A DNA stretch of 64,000 nucleotides from positions 29,375,611-29,439,610 of the forward strand of contig OZ316891.1 in assembly GCA_973895155.1 (NCBI GenBank), written 5' to 3'. The notes under the pieces are model-generated. The model saw only the letters and a list, made by a program, of their open reading frames with translations. It had not been told where the DNA came from and ran no database searches. Shown here piece after piece: positions 11,887 to 23,960 of this stretch. Source of the DNA: Marsupella aquatica. Its lineage: Eukaryota; Plantae; Marchantiophyta. The number at the start of each line of letters is the position of its first letter. Position 1 is the stretch's first letter. The position numbers were made by a program, and so were the translations under genes.

Positions 11887-12960
11887 ATCCAACAATATTC
11901 TATGCATGGACCAGTCTCATTTCCAGGCGTGCTAAGAACTCCATCATTGGTAGAAAATGTGAAGCTTCAACGCAACTTTTTTCCAGATTTGCAACGGACC
12001 AGCTTATGGGTATGATGGCGGGGATCCCTTTCTACTTGGGACCTCAGTGGACTACTTCTCCAACTGCAAGTCTGAAAGGACTATGAATGAACCAGCCTAT
12101 GCAGCTCATTTATTTTCATGGTTATGCAACTCCTGGGTACTATGCACATTTGTTCAATTTCCCATTCCCTTCTCCGCCTCTTTCCCCTTTTCCACCAATG
12201 CCCACTCCCATGGTGCCTCAACAAAAAGCATTAAGAGTCAGTATGATGAGTTGAATTGACCTAATGTAAGCCCCCTAGTCAATTCACTAACCAAGCTCAA
12301 TTGGCATTCTTGTTTGCAAGCTCTTAAGTAAAGGTACACATCAGAAGCTTTGGTCTTACCATTGGGTTCATTTAGAGCTACAAGGTAGCTATATATATTT
12401 TTACATTTTTAACAATACCCAAGTATGAAAGGAAAGTATGGAGGAAAATGTCAGAAATCCAGATATTTATTTATTTCCATGCAGGAGTGTTTTTATAGAA
12501 CCCTAAATTGTTTGAATGGAATCAAGGGGCAGACCACAGCATAGGGGAATTTGCAACAACAAAACACACAAGCTGATCCATTTAACACAGGTGGGCAAGA
12601 CAAGACCCTAGAGAACCAAGGTGAGCACCATGGAGCACTACATCATCTGCACTGGTGAGGAGAATGTGTTTGCTAACAGGGACAACTACACTATTCACCA
12701 CTTTTAGTGTTATATAAGGATTAGTTTTGCTTCAAACTTAGTGTTAGTAACAATGAATTTGGTGAATGAATGTTGAGGCAAAAGTAATACTAACTCCGGT
12801 TAGTTTTACCATGAAAGAAAATGATGGTCGCGGGCACCTTGTAAAGCTAGCTACCTTAATGGCCCTTATAGGAAGACCAGACAAACAGTAGTACTTTTCC
12901 CATACAAAATCCAACAGGCCATTTATAACCTAAAATGTAAGTTTTGAAAAGAGATCAATA

Positions 12961-13083
12961 CTGAGCATACAACAACAATGTACAGGTCACAATTCAGCCT
13001 TTATATATCAGATCCACCAACCTGAGCATACATGAACAATGTACAAGTCACAATTCAGCCTTAATTTATGAGATCCACCAACA
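12961..13083. repeat. ~61-bp tandem duplication
   Basis: ctgagcataca...gtcacaattcagcctt...agatccaccaac occurs twice; a third degenerate copy is the SINE insertion site. Confidence 0.8.
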
Positions 13084-13147
13084 GCCATGTAGGCTGGCTT
13101 TCAATATTGAGGAGTCAAAGAGAGTGTGTAAGTCACAATCAGCCTTT

Positions 13148-13285
13148 TTTTTATATATTATAAAAAAATTAAGGGGAACTTTGTGAAACCCCATAGAAAG
13201 GGACCAGTCAGACACAACTTTTGAACCCAAGATCTACTAGTCATTACTCAAGTGAGCTACCACACAACCATGCCTCTCTGGGCAC
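13148..13285 (-). mobile_element. tRNA-derived SINE, family A copy 1
   Basis: 15-bp TSD tcacaatcagccttt at 13133-13147 and 13286-13300. The minus-strand head has an A-box-like tggttgtgtgg and a B-box-like gggttcaaa, followed by an A-rich tail. Confidence 0.8.
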
Positions 13286-13545
13286 TCACAATCAGCCTTT
13301 AGTTATCAAGATCCACCAACTGCCATGTAGGCTTGGGCAACCAGAGATGAGGCCTAACTTGCATGTGACAGCCCTGAAGAAAGCATTTGCAAAGCAAATC
13401 TGGATTGACAATGATCTACTGCCTTATTGTGTTTAGGACTATGGGTCCCTTGGAAGTCATTAATGATTCTCCGTACCCGCTGCCCGGACTGAAGTTTATT
13501 ATTAAAATACATACCAAAAATCGATCTTCACTTTCCAAGAGTGTG

Positions 13546-13700
13546 CTGAGGGCGTAGCAGTAGCCAAGCTGAGTGGGAGGGCAGAGGTAATGGGTTCGAA
13601 ACCCACCGTGGGTGAGAGAGTTTTACACCGGTACCCACCCAAAAGTGGGGATTAGACAAACTTTTGTGATTGGGGCACAAACTGTACCAATGCCATAAAT
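13546..13700 (+). mobile_element. tRNA-like head, probable SINE remnant
   Basis: B-box GGGTTCGAAACCC at about 13592-13604 with an upstream tagccaagctg A-box-like motif. No full cloverleaf or TSD found. Confidence 0.35.
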
Positions 13701-15155
13701 GACATTTCTGGGAAGAGTCTGGCTGAATTGTATTGTCTGACATTGGAATTTCTTCCCCTGGAATGACATGTCACCCTAAACCAACACCTGGGATGAAATA
13801 ATTATCAATCTTGAAAATGAAGAATGTCTATTTTGTCGTTCTCAATAAAGTCCCCTTTAATAAGCATGACCTGGAGGACAGAATGATCCACTCAAGTACT
13901 CAACCTCCCCCAAAACAAACAAACAACAAAATTATCCCCACCCACAAAACTAAAGATCCAGGCCAAGTCGTGAATTTGGGCCCTTTTTTAATCGCTCAAA
14001 ATGTCTGGTCCAGTCCATGATCGGAATTTCCCAACAGCACCTCAGTCTGAGTAACACGGATATATATGTTCGCCACGTGGGACCATGTTTCTATTATGGC
14101 AAGCACCTTCCTTTTTTGGTGCCAACTCGTACGATGTTCAGCACATACTTGCCTCTTTCGGACACGTACGCTGTACCGTATAAACCTTCGTTTCCACATG
14201 TATCTTCTTCAGTAACCTGCCTCTGTAGATGTATGATCCCCGCCAAGTTTTACTCGGAGAGGTAAACTTTACTCACAGTACATTGTAAGGAGATGTTGTG
14301 ATGAGCACCTCCTTACAGTGTCATGAAGTTTGTCAAAATTTTGTTGATATATTTAACTGATGAACTCGTATAGTGAAAAGTGTTATTTGATGGACCCATG
14401 AGTAATCCAGTACTCAAAAACTCATGGGATCAGTTTGGAAGAACATTTTGGTTTTGGGGGTTTATCAGGTAAATGTCTCAAAATTTGTTTGATGGCTCCA
14501 GCTCTGAATTTCTTTTACTTGGTGGAGTTATATGATACACTATAAGACATTGTTGTAGCAGCCAAGGCTAACAAAGAAAACACACCATTGGTTTCAATAA
14601 ATTCCATATTAAGTAAATCAAATGACGATTCGTGCTTCATAGGTTTGGAAGTTGGTAGGAACTATATTAAAAATAAGAACTGACTCCTCAAGCCAACGTG
14701 GCTTGAGGTTTAGGGTTGAATTTCTATCAGGAAAAAAATATCACCACCACAAAATGAATTAAAAAACCAAAAGCAGTCCTCCCTGAATTAGCAAGCTTAT
14801 TAGCTGGTCTTGAATAAGTAGATCCCATTAGGCACTTTCTCACGGAATGAATAGTCCCAATTTGACTGCACTAGTGGATTTCAAAATCTATTCCATCAGA
14901 CTAGTGAGAACAAGTTTGACTTGTGGATTATGATGATTTTCTTACTAAACAGTTGCTCCAAGCAGATTATGCTCCAAGAAACTCAATAGTAAAAACTTGA
15001 AATACTGTTTAAATAGTAATGTTTTCTCCTTGGAATTTAGTCATAAAGTCACGTGCAGTTCTAAGAAAACATATAGAATTTGCATGAGATTAGGTTGAGT
15101 ATGGACTTTTTTATCTAACATGAATGAGCTACTTATGGTTCCAACGGGGCATGTG

Positions 15156-15157
<2 letters not shown>

Positions 15158-15199
<42 letters not shown>
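15158..15199. repeat. (CT)n microsatellite
   Basis: Read directly from the sequence. Confidence 0.95.
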
Positions 15200-15202
<3 letters not shown>

Positions 15203-15352
15203 TTGTATGGATCTCATTGGCCCTTTCTGAAAAAGAAAAACAGTTGTCTTTCTTGGTTTCATTTTAGCATATTGACCAAGTCATTGATTTCAGAAAGTTC
15301 TTAATGTTTAACTGTCTTTGACTAATGAAACTCATGCCCAGATGGACTGTGG

Positions 15353-15663
15353 TGTTGCTAAGGCGATCTTGGTGGACCCAAGATACACATCTCAATGCAT
15401 ATGTAATCACACCAACACACTGATTATTCAGTTCACCCCTCTGGCTACGTCCACGGCCGATGGAGAAGTTTCACTATGCACAAGAGTATGCACAAATCAG
15501 TGCATCAGCCATCTAGCAATCCACTCTATGACTACTTTTCTATCTCTCCTTCAGCCCCTCTTCTGAAACTAAAAATCTCTAGTTTGTGCACAATGAGAAG
15601 CCCCAACAATTTTATACTCTCATGCCTCCAAGCTACAGTACTTTTAAGTAAATCCAGTTAACA
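15353..15663 (-). mobile_element. Degenerate copia-type solo LTR
   Basis: The minus strand carries the gtggacgtagcc...ggtgaac motif shared with 16933-17234 and 49424-49771. Termini tgtt/aaca; no TSD confirmed. Confidence 0.4.
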
Positions 15664-15699
15664 AACTCTAGCTAACCTAGTGTGCAGGTTGTAGCCTTA

Positions 15700-16850
15700 A
15701 AATGCAGATGCTGCAGCGTGTGCCATTGCCAGTTCAAATCACATGTTGAAGGCCCATTGCTGCAGTAAGCAAGGGGGTAGGCAAGCTCATGCCTGCAAGC
15801 TCTGTTTGCTTGATCACCCTCTCAATCATTGCTCATGCTCCCATGTTTTGTCCCCAATCGTGACTAAACATGGCCCTTTGATGAGTCACTGGTAAGGCAC
15901 GCAAATTGTGCTTTCCGTCAAGCACAAACAATTTGAAAGAGGGTTAGACACATACTTGGCCAAAGTTGGGTGGAGTTTCCAGAGGATTGCTGCAATAAAG
16001 CCTGAAAGATTGCAAAGTGCTGGGGATGGGTCAAGGAGAAAATGGTAGTGTCTCAAATTTTGGCAAATCTTGATATTTTGTGAAGTAGTTTCTTAATCGC
16101 AATCAACAGTAGAATACAGCTGCACAGGCACATCCATGCCATCAACAATTACTGGAACTGTTTCTTTTTCAATTTTAATTGCTCGCCCCTATAAAGTTTT
16201 TGGAAGCAGAGTTGCTCTCTATGATCTCCTTGAAGAGAAAGGGACTTAACACATTGAGGGAATTGATAATACATCACCCCAAACATTGATACATGTACAG
16301 TCTGCCCTAGATTTTGACAAATACATGTGTATCAGACCATTGGCATTGTCTGGGGACCTTCCATGCCTCCCTAAGCCTATGTTCAAGTTAACTCTAATTA
16401 GTTTTTGATATTTTCCCTTTAACCATTTGGGCAAACAAATTATAGGGTGTGGAATCTGATGGTTAGCTTTAAATCCAGCAAGATCTTCCGGTCCAAGATC
16501 AATTTACAATAATTACTTAAGGAATAGCCCTAACGTCTTCTCCTCCACAAAATATGACATTTACCACTCTCGCAAAAACAAAAAATTCAAAAATTATGCA
16601 GTCTCCCAGAATGAAAAATTGCTGTCTCAATCCTCTCCTCTCGATCGGTTCTCGCTGATTGCAGCCATCTGTGATTTCAGCCTGGTCTCACTGCACTCAA
16701 GTCTCTTTCTCTTTGTCTTGCTGCTTTTGCCTCTTCTCTCTTAATCTTTCTAAAAACCTGTTGTTGTTGTTGTTGTGCTCTCTCATGTCTGGATGCCTCT
16801 TGTCCCCCCAAGTGTGAACATTCTCCCTCTCTACACCAAGTTCCATCCCA
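15700..16850 (-). pseudogene. Decayed ORF remnant, family unknown
   Basis: Segments RHERAQQQQQVFRKIKREEAKAARQRE, ICLPKWLKGKYQKLIRVNLNIG, RAIKIEKETVPVIVDGMDVPVQLYSTVDC and HYHFLLDPSPALCNLSGFIAAILWKLHP, separated by stops and frameshifts. Confidence 0.35.
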
Positions 16851-16932
16851 ATTTGGATCTCCAAACTAGCATAAGTTTATAGGTTTTTTCTTTTTTGCCC
16901 GGGAGGGTTGTAGATGCCACTTATCTGAAAGA

Positions 16933-17234
16933 TGTTAAGGATTGTTCTTAGTCTTGTGACTCATAGGTTACGACAATTAGGTAACCATAATTAGGGACTT
17001 AGCTGAGATTAGGTTAGTCGTGTGTGACCTTGCATATACCAGGGCTAGTGTAAGCCACTGGCACAAGATGCTTACTCATTGTAACGAAGCGACTTGAGGA
17101 AGAGAGAGAACTTTTGTGTTCATGTGGACATAGCCTTGGAGCTAGAAGAGGTGAACACGTAATTGATTGTGTTGACTACGTGAGCATGGGATGAGTCATG
17201 ATTGTATCATAAAGGAGTACGTCATACTTCAACA
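16933..17234 (+). mobile_element. Copia-type solo LTR, 302 bp
   Basis: Termini TGTT...AACA. Flanks aaaga / aagga give a 5-bp TSD with one mismatch. Internal gtggacatagcc...gtgaacacgtaa motif is typical of plant copia LTRs. Confidence 0.7.
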
Positions 17235-17791
17235 AAGGAGAAGATGCTAAGACTCTGCCTCACCTAACTTTTTGAATACATTTTTCTGTTAGATCGTCCT
17301 AGATGAAGGACAACTTTTAAAATTGTGGCTGATGGGGGCTGTGGCTCGGTGAGAAAGTGCTAATGGAAGAAAATTTTAAAAATTCTCTAGTAACAGAATT
17401 TTGTTTCGCCATTTTGGAAAAATATCTCTAGATAAAATTTATGTTCACAGAGAAATCAGGGCCTGTGGCTTCACTTTTTTGAGTGAGTTATAAACAGTAC
17501 AATTCAATCACAAACTATGGTATAGATAGATATCTTGAACAACATTCTTGTTGTTATTCTCTTTGTGTGAAACAATTGCCAAAATTCCACCTGCTGAAAA
17601 GTCTTAGCCACTTTTGGCCAAAAATCTTTGTGTTTCAAAATTATCCTGTTTCTCAACTAGCCACAGACCCCCTAGCCCGAATCTACTGGTTATCCTTACA
17701 TCCACCAAGATCTAATAGTCTAAAACCAACCTAAGAAAATTAGGTAAGTAACATCCTTTTATCATGGACTCCTTCACACAAGGTCCCATCA

Positions 17792-17957
17792 GGGTGTGTC
17801 AAAACAGGGCCAAAACCTAGACACACTCAAGGAAGTAAACTGGTTTTATGATAAGGACATAAACTTTATGGGCTACCTAAATACTACCCTGTAAGGATCA
17901 GACAACCAAAAATCATAGCCAAAAGATTTTGCTTGTGTCAATGCTGTTACACATCCT
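17792..17957 (+). mobile_element. Tourist-like MITE, degenerate; related copy at ~58075-58233
   Basis: gggtgtgtcaaaacagggcc...aatcatagccaaaaga...caatgctgttacacatcc is collinear with 58075-58233. Confidence 0.5.
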
Positions 17958-19399
17958 TTTGGCCACCTGGTAAAATGGACAAAACCCTAAAAAATACCCG
18001 GATCTTGCTTTGACACACTTATTGGTCACCTGGTTACAAAAGACAAAACCTTAAAAATTACCCGCATCTTGAAGCCTACTGTTGTACCGGAAATTCATAC
18101 CCAACAAAACCATCACGTGGTCACGTCTAGACCGTCAATTTAAAACTCGCAGCGACAAAATTAATCCGAAGTCAAAACTGGGTACGGCAGGGAGCCCTCT
18201 TTTTTCTCTTTTGTCCGTCCGTCCGGCACGGAGACATTTACGGCAGCCGCAGTGGGCAAGCCTGCCGGTGACAAAGGCTGAGGCCGCCGCAGGTAGCTTT
18301 ACGGCAGCGTGCCGAGTGGGAACAGCATTGCGGTACAGTACCAACATTTATGATGTCGGACCGGAATAGGAATTACTGCTCCCGGAGGGGGCCGTTCATT
18401 GGGCGAGGGTTTTGCGGCTGTGGACCCATAAGAGGAACTTACGGCTCGAAGATTTCACCACAAGATTTTCCGGCACTTCAAGATACGGCACGCGCGTCAA
18501 CCGAAGTCCTCTCTACAGTCCACTGTGCGTAAGCTGTTCTAAGTGCGTTCCGTGGATAAGTGCAGGAGGTCATGTAGATCCCTGATATTAAAACCTTGAT
18601 TCTTTGTAAACACACCAAAATATGCAGTTTTCATATGCGCATCTGGACCCTCACTAAACGACCAATATAAATGCATTTTGTAATTGTAGACCCGAATAGA
18701 GCTTACTGGCGTGCAATCATTTCTAGAGATATTTGTTTTCTCCATAATCTCGGCCCAAAACTGGTGGTGGGTAACATTTCTCTAAATATGAAGGAGGTCC
18801 GGGAAGGGCACTAGACCTGGGTGGTCAAGGGTTACAAGCTACTAAGTGCAGCCCAGACAACCACTATATTATATTATATCTTCAGTAAATGTACACATGC
18901 ATTTATCCTAAATTATAATACATTGTTGTACCATAATGGTCTTCATTCAAATTTGCAGGACACAAGCAATAATAAATCTGGTAGAAGGAAGAAATAAAGA
19001 TAAAATAAATTTAGTTTAGTGTGAATAAAAAAGAGTAACACCGATATCCAAGTAAGAGGGAATCACATTGAGATAAACAAACAAAAAATATATGGCTAAC
19101 ACAATGTACAAGGATCAAGGAAGATACTCCATGAGAAGGAGGATTGTATATATTCAATAAGATGTACATAGTGCATAGTTTTGTGTAATATTGGTAGGAG
19201 TTAAATTTTAGATACTATTTAAGTCAATAGAGTATTACATATATTAATAAAATAAAATATGATTCTCCCAATATCTAGGGTGATTTTTTACATTCATTTT
19301 TGGAGCCATTTCACCACAAAATAAACAAATGTTGTAAGGTCCAAAGACATAGTAAAGATCATGGCTCCGATGTTGATGGCAAGGTGTCCAAGGAGGGAC

Positions 19400-20098
19400 A
19401 CACTTTTACTTGATGACATCTTTTTACTTCTTAACATCTTTTATATAATGACCCATTTGGCATCACATCATCTGTTTACTCGAGGCCATCTTTCACATAA
19501 AAACATCTTTGGTAAAATGAATTTTTTTTGTTATCGACAATTTTTTACTTGACAACAACTTTTTACTTGACGACATGTGTGGCACAATGACATATTTTTT
19601 CTTGACAATGTCTTTCACATAACGACATCTTGGGTGACATGACATCTTTTGTGCAACGCATAGATATTGAGCTATTTTGTACTTAACAACATTTTTATAC
19701 TTAACGAAACCTTTGGCATATTAATGATATCATTGGCAACACGGCCTCTATTTCTTCCACAACCTCTTGGCCGAGATGACATCATTCTTCTCAACAACCT
19801 CTTAGTCGACATGGCATCTTTTGTTCTCCACGGCTTCTTGGCCGATACGACATCATTTGTTCTCACCAACACCTTGGCCAACATGACTTTTTTTGTTCTC
19901 AATGACATCTTGGCCGTCACAACATTTTTGTTTCTCACCGACATCTTGGCCGAAACAACATCTCTTGTTCTCAATGACATCTTGGGCGACACGACATCTT
20001 TCTTCTCAACGACCTCTTGGCCGACACGACCCCTTTTACTCTCAATGACATCTTGGCCGACGCGGCATCTTTTGTGCAACATGCAGGTATTGAGCTAG
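19400..20098. repeat. Degenerate ~36-bp minisatellite inside a repeated element
   Basis: Unit approximately ttctcaatgacatcttggccgacacgacatcttttg, giving a 12-aa period in the spurious ORFs. It ends at tattgagctagt, as does the related copy at 25200-25765. Confidence 0.8.
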
Positions 20099-20442
20099 TC
20101 AGATATGAAAATCTGGGGCACCAGCATCTATTGCCAATGGAACATCGTCAACGGAAGTCCTCACTACAGACTGTTTAAACTTTTTCCTTTGGATGCTCAG
20201 TTTTCATAAGTGCATCTTGATCCTCACTAATTGACAAATATATATAAGTACATTTCCATCTATAAGTGTGCACATGTGCTAATTAGTTACCCTAGAGAGG
20301 TAAACAAACTTCTCTTGTAGGTTCGAGCTTGCAATGGTTACATAGAGTCTTACATGCACTTATCCAGTTCATAAAGGGCTCTAAAAGAGGGTTCAGGGTA
20401 TGAGGACTTGAGGGTGTTGGACCTGACAGCAGGGTCTCACAA

Positions 20443-20575
20443 GACATCTTGCAATTCCACATTGCAACTCCAAACTCTAAACAGGTTCACTGTGACATCT
20501 TGCAATTCCACATTGCGACGCCACTCTAAACAGCCACTCTAATCAGGTTCACTATGACATCTTGAGCAATTCCAC
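20443..20575. repeat. Short tandem repeat, 3 copies
   Basis: gacatcttg(ag)caattccac recurs at about 20443, 20494 and 20555. Confidence 0.7.
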
Positions 20576-21344
20576 GCAAACTCTAGACTCAATGCAAGTG
20601 AGATGGCAAGACATTGAGCATGGAGATTTGGCTGAGAATGGAGGTGGTCCAGCCCTAATTTTGTTGTACAAAGTGTTGAGACTGCATGTGTTGCAGTTTT
20701 ATAAATCATTCACATACCCAAAAATGCACAAACTTTAACTCTCAGCACTTTTGGGTAGTGGCTTGGGGCGTCATAAACGGAGCCTACACTTAGCCACAGT
20801 AAACTATACAGTGCTATTGTAGTGCCATCCTGGTTGGCACAGAACCCACACTAAACATCAATAATTTTCTAGTTTAGGAAACATGCAAGGTTAGGACATC
20901 ATTCTCCTATTTGCATTGTTTAATCACAATGTATACACTGAAAAGGTCAGTGTTTACACCGGATGCCTAGAACATTCCCAAAATTTGAGTGACAAAACCC
21001 TTTTTACTGTAGGTTTCAAATGAATAGCGCGAGATTTTTTTGTTGGTCAATCCCTATATTTTGTGGATAAGTATTTCACATACTGAAATGTCACTACGCT
21101 ATTGTAAGGTTCTGGCAGTACTGTAACTTACATGTAAGGAGTATGTCTTGAACATCTTCTCCAGATTGAGTACAGTCGAGAAATTCGTTGGGTTGACAGT
21201 AACACGATGGAATTGTGTGTTGAATCATCTTCTGTATGTGTTGATTACATGGCCAAATAAAATGCTCCGCGAAGATCAGTTTACACAAAAGCGACGGAAT
21301 CGTTATTGAATCCTGTGGCTTTGGATCGCATGCCTAGAACGAAT

Positions 21345-21765
21345 TCCACCATTAAGATCAGTTCACCTCAAGCTAAGGAAGGTCAGAGACGTCCTTTGAA
21401 GAAACAAGCCATCGATCCATCCGAGCGAAGAGAAAATCCCTGGGTTTACATTGCTGTTGAATCCTCTGCCTTTCGATTTTATGGCCAAAAAAATCCGCCA
21501 TTAAGATCAGTTCACCTAAAGCTAAGGACGGTCAGACACGTTCTTTGAACACACAAGCACTCGATCCATCCGAAGCGATGAGAAAATACGTGGGTTGGCA
21601 GCAGCACGATGAAATTGTTAGATTGAATCCTCTGTCTGTGTTGGTTACATGGCAAAAAGCATGTGCCATGAAGACTAGTAGATCAGTTCACCTAAAGCTA
21701 AGGAAGGTCAGAGACGTTCTTTGAAGTTACAAGCAATCGATCCATCCGAAGCGAAGAGAAGTGGT
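21345..21765. repeat. Three degenerate ~150-180-bp tandem units
   Basis: agatcagttcacct.aagctaagga.ggtcaga.acgt.ctttgaa...tcgatccatccga recurs at about 21355, 21504 and 21680. Confidence 0.85.
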
Positions 21766-22354
21766 TCACTAAGACTTGAGTGGGTGGGATCCGACCTCCA
21801 CAGTCCTCTTCATGCATTTCAGTTCGGACGGCAATCTCCCAGGTCTTCGAGTCTCTTGTTGCGGAAGAATGCAAAGTGATCAGTTTGGAAAATAAACGTC
21901 GAGTTTCACAATCATTATATTTCGTACTGATCCGAATTGATAAATGGGTGCAAGTGATCTCTAGTTGAAGGCAAAATGAAGGCACTGAACTTGGTGCCAG
22001 TAGAGCCGCTCAGAAGGTGATCATGTAGATTGCCCACTAATCGGAAGTGCTCGTTCTTGAGTTCCATGTAACCATTTCCCATCGAGAGGGGCAGAATTAA
22101 GGACGATGCCCGAAGAATTGAACCCAGGGGAGGCATTGCAGAAGGAGCCACACGAGGGCAGGAAGGTCTGATGCATGTCTCCAAAACACTCGAGCAGTAG
22201 GTTTTGTTTTCATGAACCCCAGATCGTAAACTGAACCGGCCCCGTCCCATCCTCGAACCCTAAACTTTTGCCTTGGTGTGTCGTGGGATGAATTGATAGA
22301 AAACTATTTCATGAGAGCTCAAATCGATACCAATGAGATCTAGCTGGGGTGGAC

Positions 22355-23100
22355 GACCAAACATCTTGGATGTCTTGCTGATTTCGAAGAGGTGAAAAGG
22401 CAGGTACGAATCCCTTCTCAGCAACCTGTGGAGCCACGCATCTCACGTATGCAGATTCTATTTTTCCACGGGCTCAAATCCGGTGATCGATTCTATGTGA
22501 ACTCGTGGGAAGAATAAGATCTGCATAGATGGGGCATGGCCTTTGCGTTGTCACTTCAGGATAGAAACCTCTTGGATCAAACCTCTTGGATCTCTCACGG
22601 ATCTCGGTGACCTGAAATCGCAGGTACGAGTCCCTCCTAAGGAACTCATGGAAGCCACTGTGCATCTCACGTATGCAGATTCTATTCTTCCACCGGCACA
22701 AATTCAGTGATCGCAAAGATCTGAACTTGTGGAAGAACAAGATCTGCATAGATGGGACATGACCTTTGCCTTGTCACTTGACGGTAGAGACCTCTTGAAT
22801 CAAACATCTTCAATCTCTCACAGATTTCGGTGAACATCTTCGATCTCTCACAGATTTCGGTGAGCTGAACATCGCAACATCTGCATAGATGGAAAGTGAC
22901 CTTGGTCTTGCCACTTGACGGGAGAGACCTCTTGGATCAAACGTCTCTGATCTCTCACGGATTTAGGTGAGCTAAAATCGCAGGTACAAGTCCCTCCCGA
23001 GCAACCTGTGGAAGCCACTGCATCTCACGCCTCACGCTTGCAGATTCTAATTTTTCACGGGATCCAAGTGCAGTGATCGCCTACATGCGAACTCGTGGAG
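22355..23100. repeat. Three to four degenerate ~220-bp tandem units
   Basis: gcaggtac.agtccct...gtggaagccac..catctcacg...tgcagattcta recurs at about 22399, 22620 and 22980, with partial internal duplications. Confidence 0.85.
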
Positions 23101-23387
23101 GGGCCTTCACGTTGTCAATTGAATCGATGGGAAGCAACTTTCGAATGCGCCCATCAACGGGAGAAACCTTCAGCACGAGATTGAAAGCTTTCGGGAAAAG
23201 ACTTCGCGGCGGAGAATTTAGGGTGCCTCCTTTCTTCAGGTGTCAAGCTACTGTGGTTGGTCCAGGTGTACCAGAGTTAGTCCACAGGTCCCGAGCTACC
23301 ACAGTGAGGGCTGTAGAGGAATAATAGGGGTATAAAAGGGGTCCTGTAGCTCCTCACCAAAATATGACATATAGGGAGTAAGACATC

Positions 23388-23960
23388 CCTATACCATCAT
23401 AAATCTCATTGTTTCCTATATCATCATAAATCTCATTGTTTTCTATACCATCATAAATCTCATTGTTTTTTTTAAAGTAATGAGTGCACACTTATCATGA
23501 TAAAGCTCATTATTTTCTTTAAATCAAGGAATGCACACTTACCATGATAAATATTATTCTTTTCTTTAAATTAATGAGTGCACACTGTATATTACCACAT
23601 TTAAATGTGGTATCAAAGCTGGCCTGAGCCGTCCTCGCGGTAGGTTGCCCGGATAGCACCCTGCCCCATTTTCCTCCACAGCTATTGCTTGGGGAACACA
23701 CACCCCTTTCATAGAGTGGTTTAGCCTGGCGAGATAAGCCCAAGCCTAAACTAATAAAGCGTAATCAAAAGCTACTCCTTGGCCTAAGCTTCTAGACAAT
23801 ACCTGGGGAACACCCCCCCCCCCCCCCCCACCCCTCCCTTCATCCACGGTGATTGCCTGGGAACACACACGCCTTTCATATGGAGTGGTTTAGCCTGGTG
23901 ACATAAGCCCAAAATCTAGCTAATAAAGTGCAATCAAAAGTTACTCCTTGGCCTACAGTC
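23388..23960. repeat. Cluster of local duplications (26-bp x3, ~170-bp x2, poly-C)
   Basis: taccatcataaatctcattgtttt occurs three times. gggaacacac...gagtggtttagcctgg...taagcccaa...tactccttggccta occurs at about 23692 and 23859. Confidence 0.8.

Larger units (their letters stand above)
8770..12250 (-). pseudogene. Decayed coding remnants, probably from a transposon
   Basis: Protein-like minus-strand segments broken by many stops, for example KCALRYLLVSPNKMSQDC*IKYKADLFSFL*KTNTWP*LKAHFGSDLYRWLLRLSK (~10950-10790) and SLQSLLREKCGK...LIDIADLLKDPDQLERQ (~9060-8940). Family not recognised. Confidence 0.3.

Noticed and set aside
13546-13612. tRNA gene
   Set aside because: Only the T-arm/B-box is recognisable; there is no acceptor or anticodon stem.
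14281-14320. 40-nt hairpin cattgtaaggagatgt/gcacctccttacagtg
   Set aside because: Too short for a plant pre-miRNA and has no assignable element context.
14358-14390. Hammerhead-like CTGATGA-stem-GAAA
   Set aside because: No stem I or stem III partners and no UH cleavage site can be formed from the flanks.
19667-20098. 143-aa and 136-aa ORFs on both strands
   Set aside because: By-products of a 36-bp minisatellite.
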